Below are positions 55,444-64,000 of a stretch of 64,000 nt of DNA, one piece after another. The notes below the pieces were generated by a model. The model was not told the DNA's origin and searched no databases. It was given only the letters and a program-made list of their open reading frames with translations. Source of the stretch: an uncultured delta proteobacterium (GTDB lineage Bacteria; Myxococcota_A; Polyangia; Polyangiales; Polyangiaceae); the NCBI GenBank assembly GCA_963806225.1, contig CAWDXG010000001.1, positions 2,006,264 through 2,070,263 on the forward strand, given 5' to 3'. The translations under genes were made by a program, and so were the position numbers. Numbering within the stretch: the stretch's first letter is position 1; every line of letters starts with the position of its first letter.

Positions 55444-56503
55444 AGGACTGGTTTCGCTGGGGATCCGCGCCGTCGGTGGGGGGACGCGGTTCGTCGAACG
55501 GATACACCCGGAGGAGGATGGCTCGGCGTCTACTGAGAGCATGGTGCCATGGCCTGGAGGCGAGGGCGCGGGCGGCTACAGCGGTGGCCTCGTCGACGTC
55601 CGTCGGAGGATGCCCTCCACAGTTCGCTCTCGGGATGTCCAACCGCCTGCCAATTCGGAGGGCGAGTTGGCGGCGGTATGCCCATCATGCAGCTGCTCAC
55701 GGACGCCGGCCCGCCTTCGGACGCCGCATCAGAGTCGGCATGCGAGGCTGCCCGGGCCGCTTCATCAAGCTCCAGAACCGTCGCACTCCAGATGATGGTA
55801 TTCCAGCCGTTTTCGCGAGCTGGCACTTGCCGGCTGCTGCTCGCGTGGCCTGGCTCCGTCGGCAGCTTACTAAGCATCACGCCCAAGCGGCAGCGGCGAG
55901 ACAGTGGAGCGTGGGTCGACGGAGCGGTCAGGCCCCGACAAACTCGCCCGTAACGGTCACCACCGGAACCAGGCCACATGGCGCGCCCGAATCTGCGAAC
56001 TCGGCCCGGCGCTTATGCTGGGACACGCTCTTCAGTCGCGCGAAGTTCAGGCTCGGTCAAACGGCCCCGAGCCCCGCCACACGAGACCGCACTCTTCCAC
56101 ACCCTCGACGCGCGCATCGGTTGGTCTCGATCGGCAAGAAGTACCGTTGCGCCGCATCGCGGACACGCGAAGGATCTGCAAAGATAGCAGTATGTCATAC
56201 ACGCAGTCGAACACACCGAGAAGAAGGATCGTCAGCGACCATGTACCGCTGCGGCGACAAGGCCTGCGACGAGGTTGACACTCCGCCGCCCGCCAGAAAC
56301 ACACTTGGCCACGTCCTCAGGACGCGCACACCTTCTTCCATGGGTCGCTGGTGTGTGATTAGTTTGGCGTGCGGTATGGATGGTTGTCGTTCAAGTTCCC
56401 CTACCTTGCCCAACTACTCTTCCGCTGGCCAATATTGAACCCGTTACGCTCCGGCAGGCAATGATATCCTCATTGCCACCGGAGCAGGAGCGAGGAGAAG
56501 ACG

Positions 56504-56932
56504 ATGGGCGTCCTCACCGACATCGTGATCGCCGACGACGCAGAGGCGGTCCTTCGAGCCAGCGTACCGAGCGAGGCTTTCCCGGGCATCGACGCGAAAG
56601 GTGTGGATGTTACAAAACTCGATCTGCTGCGCGCCATCCTCTCGGACAGCGAGTGGGATGCAGCGAGCGTCCGCGACTTCGCGGTGCTGGCCCAGGAAGA
56701 CGAGCAGGACGGGCCGTGGGTGTTCGCCATCCCGACCGATCTCGTGCAGGCGATGGCAGGCCTGGATGGTCGCGAGCGAAAGCGCATTGCCGAGAGCTGG
56801 GCCGAGATCGAGGAGTTCAAGCTAGACGGCTGGAAGCGGTCCGATGTCCGCATGCTGCTCGATGCTTTGTGTGGACTGGCAGAGCGCGCCCGGGAGCAGG
56901 GCAAGCGGTTGATGATGTGGGTCTGCCTGTGA
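56504..56932 (+). CDS. Acidic hypothetical protein
   Basis: Clean 142-aa ORF with RBS GAGGAG; GPWVFAIP motif. Confidence 0.75.
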   Translation: MGVLTDIVIADDAEAVLRASVPSEAFPGIDAKGVDVTKLDLLRAILSDSEWDAASVRDFAVLAQEDEQDGPWVFAIPTDLVQAMAGLDGRERKRIAESWAEIEEFKLDGWKRSDVRMLLDALCGLAERAREQGKRLMMWVCL

Positions 56933-57530
56933 ACATCGACTTCGTGACGCGGATCCGCGACGGGCTCCAACAGCTACGGCGCGCAGGCCCAGAGGGCGAA
57001 ACGTGTCTTCGGCGCGACAAGCCACCAATACGTGCTGAATCCACCTCTGTCAGCGGCTGAAGTCGACGTGTTCGAAGCGGAGTACTCGATCGAGCTACCA
57101 CCAGACTACCGCAGCTTCCTTGTCAAGCTGGGCAACGGCGGCGCGGGCCCCTTCTACGGCGTCTTCAAGCTCGGCGAGATGGACAAGGATTTCAGCCACT
57201 CGAAATGGAATCCGATGTTCGTAGGCGATCCTGCTCGAACCCTTCCGCTTCGCCAACCACGAGCGTCTACGAGAACGCTTGAGCGACGACGAGATGGAGA
57301 GCCTCTACCTGGAGCCTGTGGACGGCGCGAGACCCATTTGTCACGAGGGTTGCAATCTCCGCGACTGGCTGGTCGTGACCGGGTCCGAAGCGGGTCACGT
57401 CTGGCACGATGCGACGGCAGACTGCGAGGGTTGGAAACCGCTGGCCCAACCTGGTGGTGTCCAGATGAGCTTCGCCGACTTCTACCTCGCGTGGCTGGAC
57501 GACGCGCTGGCAACGATCGGTTTCGCCTGA
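56929..57530 (+). CDS. SMI1/KNR4 (SUKH) family protein (indels)
   Basis: LNPPLS..EV..FE....IELPPDYRSFL...GNGGAGP.YG; GHVWHD; SFADFYLAWLD. Confidence 0.85.
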
Positions 57531-57587
57531 TCGACCTGACGGCCTGGTCTGGTGTCCAGCACGCACGCCGACTAGAGTCCGTGGCCC

Positions 57588-59273
57588 GTGAGGAGCTGGA
57601 CACTTCTTTTCATCCTGGGGGTCACGGCATGCGGACCGGGCTCTGCGGGGAAAGCCGTACGACCGAAGGCCCCCACCTACGGTGAAGCCACGGGAGCGGT
57701 CGCCTGTACCGGCGTGCCGAACCTCGCTCGTCCCCTGGCTATCGACTGGAGGCCGGAAGACCGCGCGGATCTCGAAGTCGCGATGAAGCAGGGCATCGCG
57801 GTGGTGTCCTACGACTGCAAGCAGGCGCGCATCCTCCGCGACTGCCATGTCGAGGGCAGCTACGGTTTCGTCGGCACTACCCGGAAGCAACAGGTCATCC
57901 ACCTCGCGAACGCGGACGAGCTCAAGCTGAACCTACCCTTCTCCCACGGGCGGGTCGGCGGCGGCGTGCAGCGGGGAGCCGCTCTTGATGCGGCAATGGA
58001 TATCGTCGGCGAGCAGGTCGCGAGCCGTCCTGTCATCGCGAAGTCGGATCTGGCGGGCGACTGCACCGGCGCGACACACTTCGTGCGCGAGGCCACGGTC
58101 GGCGCATTCGTGACCCGGCAGAACACGAGCGGAAAGGTCGAAGCCGCCGCGGAGATCCTGTCGCTCGGCGCAAGTGGCTCATCGACATCGAGCAAGGAGA
58201 TCATCAACAAGCGACGGCAACCCGGAAGATTGCCGCACGGCCGATCCGTCGTCGAAGTCGCCGTCACCGCATTGCGCGTCGCTGTTGCGTCTCGAGCTGA
58301 AGGCCGTCTCCGCGAAGCCGGTCCAACTCGGCTACAATCCATTCACCGAGTACGCCACGCAGAACACCTGTCCGACCGCCGCGGTGTTCGAGGCCGGCAA
58401 GTGTGCGCGGGCAAAGCCTTCCGTTCCGCATCTCTGCTCTACGGTGAAGGACGGGACTGCACGCAGCAGTGCCAGCGGGGGAACGCGCCGAGCTGCACGC
58501 GCCTCGGGCTGATGCACGAGCGCGGAGAGGGCGTCGGCAAGGATCTCTCGAAGGCCGCCGCTCTGTACGACAAGGCGTGCGCCGGTGAACGACGAGCCAG
58601 CCTGCTCTCGGCTCGGGGAAATGCTTCTCGGCGAGCAGCGGGGTCAAGCCGGACCAGAAGCGCGCCGATGTCGCTTCTGCACAAGGCGTGCATGGCCGGA
58701 TGGAGCCAAGGCATGCACGACGCAGATGGCCTTCTGATGAAGAAGCACGCGGGGGACATCCACACAGCTCGTCCCGCTGGTGGAGCGCGGATGCGATGGC
58801 GGCGACGGCGACTCGTGCGCGACGCTGGGCATGCTCTACCAGCAGGGGCTCGGTGTCGCGAAGGACGCGGAGCGAGGCGCATACTTCTTCAAGCGCGGGT
58901 GCCGCGCGGGGAGCAAGTTCGGATGCGTCCTGCTGGGCAGCGCCTACGAGGGCGGGAATCGGCGTCAAGAAGGACGCGGAGCGCGCGGCCGAGCTGTTCG
59001 CGATGGCGTGCGAAGCCAAGGACTCGCCGCGTGCGATCAGCGAAGCCAAGCTCTACTTCCTCGGCGACGGCGTGAAGAAGGACGAACGCGAAGGGGATCG
59101 AACTGCTCGGGCGCGCGTGCGATCTCGGCAACGCGGGAAGCTGCCTCGTGCTCGGCCTTCGCTACACGCAGGGCACGGGCGTCGCCCAGGACAAGGCCAA
59201 GGCGGCGAAGCTACTCAAGCGGGCGTGCGACGGCGGGATCCCGACCGCGTGCAAGGCGCTGCGTGCCCAGTAG
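57588..59273 (+). CDS. Lipoprotein with C-terminal Sel1-like repeats (indels)
   Basis: Lipobox GVTAC; repeated C..LG..Y..G.GV.KD. Confidence 0.85.
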
Positions 59274-59290
59274 TGCCGCGGCGCTTGGAT

Positions 59291-59323
59291 GTCGTTGGCT
59301 CGAGCTCAGCTCGAGCCAACGAC
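59291..59323. repeat. Perfect inverted repeat with 16-bp arms between convergent genes
   Basis: GTCGTTGGCTCGAGCT-C-AGCTCGAGCCAACGAC. Confidence 0.9.
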
Positions 59324-59400
59324 GCCGCCCGGGAAGATGCAGAGCAGCTGTGCGCACCAAGGTCGAGAGCCACCGGAGTGTCGACTGAAGATGATGCCGG

Positions 59401-60861
59401 CTACCCTCCCGCAACTCGACGCAGGCAGTCCACCAGCTCCACCAGCGCCTTCGTGTCCATCCCGCAGTACTCGCAGCAGCGACGACCTGATCCCTTCCCG
59501 CTCGTCCTCGCCCAGCTCGGCGTCGAACATCAGCCGCTCCAGCTCGACGCTCGCGGTCCCACCATCTGCGACATCGAGCCCGTCGTAGCCATCTCGACCA
59601 ACGAGCGCCGGGTACACGCTCTTCAACGAGAAGCTGCCGTTGAATCCCGGGTGGTACACGTGGTCGCGAACGATCGGCAGCAGATCCACGAGCCTCTCGA
59701 TGATGGCGTCGAGTTCATTGGCAAGATGCGGAAGATGGACGCGCAGCCCCTCGATGCACTTGCGTTCGAAGGGTGAGTTGTAGGCGGCGATGGTCCTGGC
59801 TCCCCTGGTCGCCTCGATCAGCGCCAGGGCCAGCTCTTCACGCGGGTCCTCGGGGCTGTCGGCAATCCATTCGAAGTGCTCGCCATTGTCGTGATGGACC
59901 GAGAGCTGCACCGGGACCTGGTCGTACGGATGGCAGCCAGGCCAGCACGGGATCGGCAGGTTCAGCGTTTCGAAGTCCAGGTACGCGACCGGCCCTTCGA
60001 GCAGCTCCAGGGCACCGACCAAACCGGGCTCGACGATCATCCGCCCTTCACGGACTGCTCGACGTTGGCGCTCGGCGATGTTGCTCAAGACCATCTCGTC
60101 GGGCAGCTCGTCAATCGTCTCGTAGCCGTCGTCGACCAGCTGCGCGGCCTTCGTTCGTGCGGATGCGGTAGAGCGTCCCGACGTGATGTTCGGGCGCGGG
60201 TTCCCAGCAGCGACCGAGGAACGGGCACTCGTACGGGGCGTAGCAGTTGCTGTCGTCGGCTGGAGCGTCGGGAAGCGGGCCCTGGAGCATCTTGAGCTGT
60301 CGCCTGGCCTCGCGCGGGATCGTCGGCAGCAGCTCCTCGACTTCCTCGGTCACGTCTTGCCGCCAGAAGAGGTTCGAGAGGTCCGGGTAGGTGCAGGCGC
60401 GGTCGAGGTGCATGATCTCGACGCTTCGGACGGGGAGACCAGCGCGCCGAAGCACATGGGTTTGCACTGCGGCGTCGAGGAGATGCTCGGGCTTCACGCT
60501 GCGTGGTCGACTTCACCTCGGTGAGCGTCCAGCCCGATCGGTTCCGGTGCAGGATGTCGACGGCCACGAAGATGTCGTCCTCAAGAAACGCGCCTCGTAG
60601 ATGACGTCGCGCATCGGCATCGAGAGCAGCGCGGGTCTCGGTCACTCGTCGCCTCGGCTCGGTGTACGGCGCGTCGATCAGCACGCCGCCCGGGATGTAC
60701 TGCTGGGCGACTTCCCCGACGTGGCGGCCGTGGTCGAGGATGGCCTGGTCGGCGGCGTTCCTGGTCAGCTCGGGAGCCTCGCGGTCGTGCGTCTCCCACC
60801 AGAGCCGCCGATGGCATTGATGGCCGATAACGAAGCGGGATTTCGAGAGGCGGGGCGGCAT
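59401..60861 (-). CDS. DUF2779-like protein: RecB-like nuclease N-terminus plus RNase H-like domain (indels)
   Basis: LSKSRF..G.QC, VDIL..EVKS, YLDFET, YNSPFE, GSFSLKSV.PAL, YC..DT. Confidence 0.8.
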
Positions 60862-60943
60862 GGGGGCCAGCTTCCACGATGCGGTGTCCGAATGCGGTTC
60901 CGCAAGCCGCGCGGGGACAGACAATGTCCGGAACCCTGTCCGG

Positions 60944-61675
60944 TCAGCGATGCCAGCCGCTCGAAACCGATGAGGAGAGGATCTCGCAAGGCGCGTGCAT
61001 GAACAGGCTGCTGCTCTGCTCGGGCGGTCTGACAGGAAGAGCCGCGTCCGCGTCCTCCAGCACGATCTTCACGTACTCCTGATGGCACGCGATCAGCATG
61101 TCCTGCCACTTCCGCTCCTCGTCGAGCTTCCGTTGGGTCCGGGCGACGCTATGGTTCAGTCGCCCTACATCGCGCTCGGCATCCTGGAGATCCCGCGCCG
61201 CCCAGAAGCGCTCGTTCTCCGCGTGCCGCCATCCGTTCAGGGCCCAGATCGCCACTCCGCAAGAGGCGAGCGCGAGGCCGACGAGAACGGCGATGCCCAG
61301 GCGATACACGGCTGGTCTTCGACACCGAGGCGACGCAAGTGTTCCTCTCGCAGCGTCGGTGATTTCCAGTCTCAGCTGCCCGCCACCGCAATCGCCGCCA
61401 GCAGGAAGCCGAGACCCGTGAGCCATGCAGGCACGAAGCCAACCCGCGGACCTCGCAGTGGAAGGACGTACCGTGCCCAGCCATCTCCCTCGCCCCACCG
61501 TTGACCTGATGCCGAGGTCGATGACGGCGATCAGAAGGCCAGCCGTCGCGCACCCAACGGCTCGCGCGTAGCCTGGCGTGATGCCGTCGAGTGCTTCCGC
61601 TATGCCGTAGGCAACGAAGAAGCCGCTGATGAAGAGGGCGGCACCCAGCAACTCGGACCGGGTCGCCAGAGACAT
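60944..61675 (-). CDS. Hypothetical membrane protein (possibly two genes)
   Basis: Hydrophobic helices followed by a coiled-coil-like segment. Confidence 0.45.
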   Translation of the reverse strand: MSLATRSELLGAALFISGFFVAYGIAEALDGITPGYARAVGCATAGLLIAVIDLGIRSTVGRGRWLGTVRPSTARSAGWLRACMAHGSRLPAGGDCGGGQLRLEITDAARGTLASPRCRRPAVYRLGIAVLVGLALASCGVAIWALNGWRHAENERFWAARDLQDAERDVGRLNHSVARTQRKLDEERKWQDMLIACHQEYVKIVLEDADAALPVRPPEQSSSLFMHAPCEILSSSVSSGWHR

Positions 61676-61683
61676 CCCGTCCA

Positions 61684-62196
61684 GTGTATCGTGGTTCCAC
61701 GGGGACGATCTTGACGGCCTACAGGGATCTGGAACCTCTCGACTGCTTCGGCGATGTGGGCAGCCTTCGCGCTGTGGGCTGGCTTGAACGCGGTGTGCCG
61801 TACCAGACCGGAGATGTCGACGAACGGGTCTACCAACGCCTGCGCGAGCTTCTGACGGATGCTTTCCAGCCCGTCGCCAGCACAGGGGGCCATCACTGCT
61901 GCCTCTGCCGTTTCCGGCCCGAGGCGTCGGGGACCCAGAACATTTTCGTTCCTGGCGATGGCGTCCTGTACGTCGCGCCCGAACTGATCCTGCACTACAT
62001 CAACGTCCACAGCTACGCGCCGCCCGACGAGTTCGTGAAGGCCGTCCTTGCGTGTCCGGACACCCGGACCACCGAGTACAAGCGACTGTTCCTGGCGAAC
62101 GGCGGGCGCGAGTTGCTCGCGTGTCATGAAGATGCCGGTCTATTCGCTCGCGCCCGGCGTCGAAGACGAGATCCAGCGACTGTTCGAGCCACGTGA
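61684..62196 (+). CDS. Hypothetical protein with Cys/His motifs
   Basis: AVGWL, GGHHCCLC, YVAPELILHYI; start uncertain. Confidence 0.7.
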   Translation: MYRGSTGTILTAYRDLEPLDCFGDVGSLRAVGWLERGVPYQTGDVDERVYQRLRELLTDAFQPVASTGGHHCCLCRFRPEASGTQNIFVPGDGVLYVAPELILHYINVHSYAPPDEFVKAVLACPDTRTTEYKRLFLANGGRELLACHEDAGLFARARRRRRDPATVRAT

Positions 62197-62536
62197 TGCC
62201 GCCTACGTGCAATCCAAGCTGGTCGCGACGAAGCTCCCCCGGGAAGAACTCGCCCCGCCACCCAGGGTGCACATGGCCGTGCTCTGGCTGTCCGGGGGCG
62301 ACCGCAAGCGTTTCGACACCGAGCTGGAGCGCGCCTGCTGCGACTGGCGCGACACGCTGATGGCCGCTGGCTTGGCGAACGCAGACTGGCGCGAAGTCAT
62401 CAAGGCAAAGGGCATCGAATTGGGGGACCGAAGGGAAACCGATGAGGTTCACACTCTACATCATGGCGCTGGCGGAGCCGTTCACCGAGGCCCCCTGTGC
62501 CAACGTCGTCTGAGACAGCTCCTCCTCGAATCCTAA
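62126..62536 (+). CDS. Hypothetical protein with a DWRD motif; 3' end uncertain
   Basis: RVHMAVLWLSGGD..DWRDTLMAAG; the frame runs into the IS end. Confidence 0.6.
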   Translation: MKMPVYSLAPGVEDEIQRLFEPRDAAYVQSKLVATKLPREELAPPPRVHMAVLWLSGGDRKRFDTELERACCDWRDTLMAAGLANADWREVIKAKGIELGDRRETDEVHTLHHGAGGAVHRGPLCQRRLRQLLLES

Positions 62537-62567
62537 GTACCGATGGGCGGAGAATGGATCGCAGATC

Positions 62568-63026
62568 GTGCCGAAACCATCCCGAATTTCCGACCGTAGC
62601 ACCTCGCCCGAGAGCGAGCGCCGACAGACACGCGTGAGCAGGGCTACACTGGAGACCGTGCCGAAACGGACTCGCCGGGTCTTTAGCGCTGCCGACAAGC
62701 TCCGCATCGTGAAGGAGGCCGACGCCTGTCTGACGAGCGGCAAGCGCGGCGACCTGGAGGCGCTGCTTCGGCGGGAGGGCATCTACAGCTCGCTCCTGTC
62801 GTCGTGGCGCACGCAGCTCGGCGCGCACGGTGCAGCCGGCCTGGCGGCGAAGAAGGCCGGCCGCAAGCCGCGGCTCACCGAGGCCGAGAAGCGCAACGTG
62901 GAGCTCACGAAGCGCAATGCGGAGCTCGAGCGAAAGCTCCACATCGCCAACGTGCTCATCGACCTCCAAAAAAAAGCGCACGAGGTGCTGGGGATTGCAC
63001 TCCCCGAGAGCGACGGAGACAGTTGA
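62568..63026 (+). CDS. IS3 transposase OrfA
   Basis: RRVFSAADKLRIV, LLRREGIYSS.L..WR, IDLQKK. Confidence 0.88.
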   Translation: MPKPSRISDRSTSPESERRQTRVSRATLETVPKRTRRVFSAADKLRIVKEADACLTSGKRGDLEALLRREGIYSSLLSSWRTQLGAHGAAGLAAKKAGRKPRLTEAEKRNVELTKRNAELERKLHIANVLIDLQKKAHEVLGIALPESDGDS

Positions 63027-63463
63027 TGGACCTCGTCGAAGACCTCGCTGACCCAGTCGTTCCGGTGGTCGCCGCGTGCGCCGCGCTTGGCGCGAGTCGG
63101 GCCACGCTGTACCGGGCGACGGCACCCTCCGCGCCACCGACCGTGCACGAGCGTGCGCCCAGCCCTCGCAGGCTGAGCGACGACGAGCGGCAGGCCATCG
63201 TCGACGTGATGCACACGCCGGAGTTCGTGGACCAGCCGCCGATGGAGGTGTTCGCAAAGCTGCTCAGCCGGGGCGTGTACCTCGCGTCCATCCGCACCAT
63301 CTACCGCGTGCTCGCCGAGCTCGGGGAGTCGAACGAGCGGAGAAACCAGCGGCTTCCGCGTCGGTACGTGAAGCCCTCGCTCACCGCGACGGCGCCGAAC
63401 CAGGTGTGGACGTGGGACATCACCAAGCTCGCCACGTTGGAGCGCGGCGTCTTCCTGCACGCT
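63026..63463 (+). pseudogene. IS3 transposase OrfB, truncated after the first catalytic Asp
   Basis: ACAALGASRATLYR, SIRTIYRVL, APNQVWTWDITKL, then unrelated sequence. Confidence 0.85.
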
Positions 63464-63521
63464 CCTGGGGCGAAGCAATCTCACCCAGCGGACGGGAGAT
63501 GCCCTCACGACTGGTTTCGCC

Positions 63522-63911
63522 ATGGAATCACTCTGGGTCGGAGTTCTGCTCGCGGGCTGGAGCCACAAGCGTATGGTCTCGCGCGCCGGCCTCCAGGCGG
63601 CGCTGGCCTCGTCGCCGCCGAGCACAGCAGGCGGCCCCGCGCTCTGCCGCCAGTGCGGAGCGGCGCTGGCCGTGCCGCCCGGTGCGCTGGGCGTGCGCTG
63701 CGACTACTGCGGTGCGGACAATCTGGTGGCCGTGCCCATGGCGTGGCTCGAGGCTACCAAGAAGGTGGACAAGGCCCTGGTGAACGAGGAGCGCACTGCG
63801 CTCCAGGCGGAGGCCGAAGCGCAGCGAGCCCTCTGGTGGAGCCTCGCCTGGAGGTTCCTCATCTGCCTGCTCTTTCTGGGCGTGCCCCTCGGCATCTACT
63901 TCGGAGGATAG
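63522..63911 (+). CDS. Zinc-ribbon membrane protein, possibly 5'-truncated
   Basis: CRQCGA..VRCDYCG and a C-terminal TM helix. Confidence 0.6.
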   Translation: MESLWVGVLLAGWSHKRMVSRAGLQAALASSPPSTAGGPALCRQCGAALAVPPGALGVRCDYCGADNLVAVPMAWLEATKKVDKALVNEERTALQAEAEAQRALWWSLAWRFLICLLFLGVPLGIYFGG

Positions 63912-64000
63912 GACAATCGGTGCTGGCTACTTGTCGCGTCCGCCGCAGAAACGCTCGGGAACCTGCCACGCGCAAGACTTGAACGGCGCTGCGCCAACTC

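Larger units (their letters stand above)
53017..55505 (+). mobile_element. IS66-family insertion sequence
   Basis: Terminal inverted repeats GTATCCGTTCG(G/A)C(C/G)AACCGCGT (20 of 22 match); tnpA-tnpB-tnpC order. Confidence 0.95.
62495..63463 (+). mobile_element. Truncated IS3-family element
   Basis: orfA and partial orfB; A8G slippery run at 62968..62976; ends are approximate. Confidence 0.85.

Noticed and set aside
55506..56470. Coding genes in the lower-GC stretch after IS66
   Set aside because: The short ORFs show no recognisable motifs or convincing codon bias, so the stretch is left unannotated.
59401..60861. Cas4 of a CRISPR system
   Set aside because: The RecB-like motif belongs to a stand-alone DUF2779-like protein with no cas neighbours.
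55506..62494. Integron cassette array
   Set aside because: No integrase, no recurring attC-like sites recognised, and gene orientations are mixed.

Overview
High-GC window that looks myxobacterial (Polyangiales-like), judged from its Ser/Thr kinases, Cys-rich lipoproteins and gene content. Many single-base indels break otherwise conserved genes; these are probably long-read consensus errors, so several coordinates below join frameshifted pieces. 1-17.6 kb is housekeeping and signalling (truB, acyltransferase, epimerase, two Ser/Thr kinases, hybrid histidine kinase, GNAT, gatCA, nhaA, rpsB leader, rpsB, tsf). 17.6-21.9 kb holds a RAYT-type HUH tyrosine transposase embedded in five tandem arrays, two of them 51-bp hairpin arrays, and bracketed by inverted copies of a 120-180-bp structured element that occurs four times in the window with compensatory base changes. 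24-53 kb is a nucleotide-sugar and sulfate-activation locus (gmd, fcl, UDP-sugar dehydrogenase, cysD, cysNC, cysC-sat fusion, SLC13 permease, HAL2-type PAP phosphatase, rfbF, rfbG). It is interleaved with toxin-antitoxin and other accessory modules, partial gene duplications and dispersed repeats. 53-64 kb holds an IS66, small accessory genes (SMI1/KNR4, Sel1, DUF2779-like) and a truncated IS3. The strongest novelty candidates are the RAYT/array/structured-element system and two reciprocally degenerate sulfate-activation fusion proteins. No searches were run; all family names come from motif recognition.
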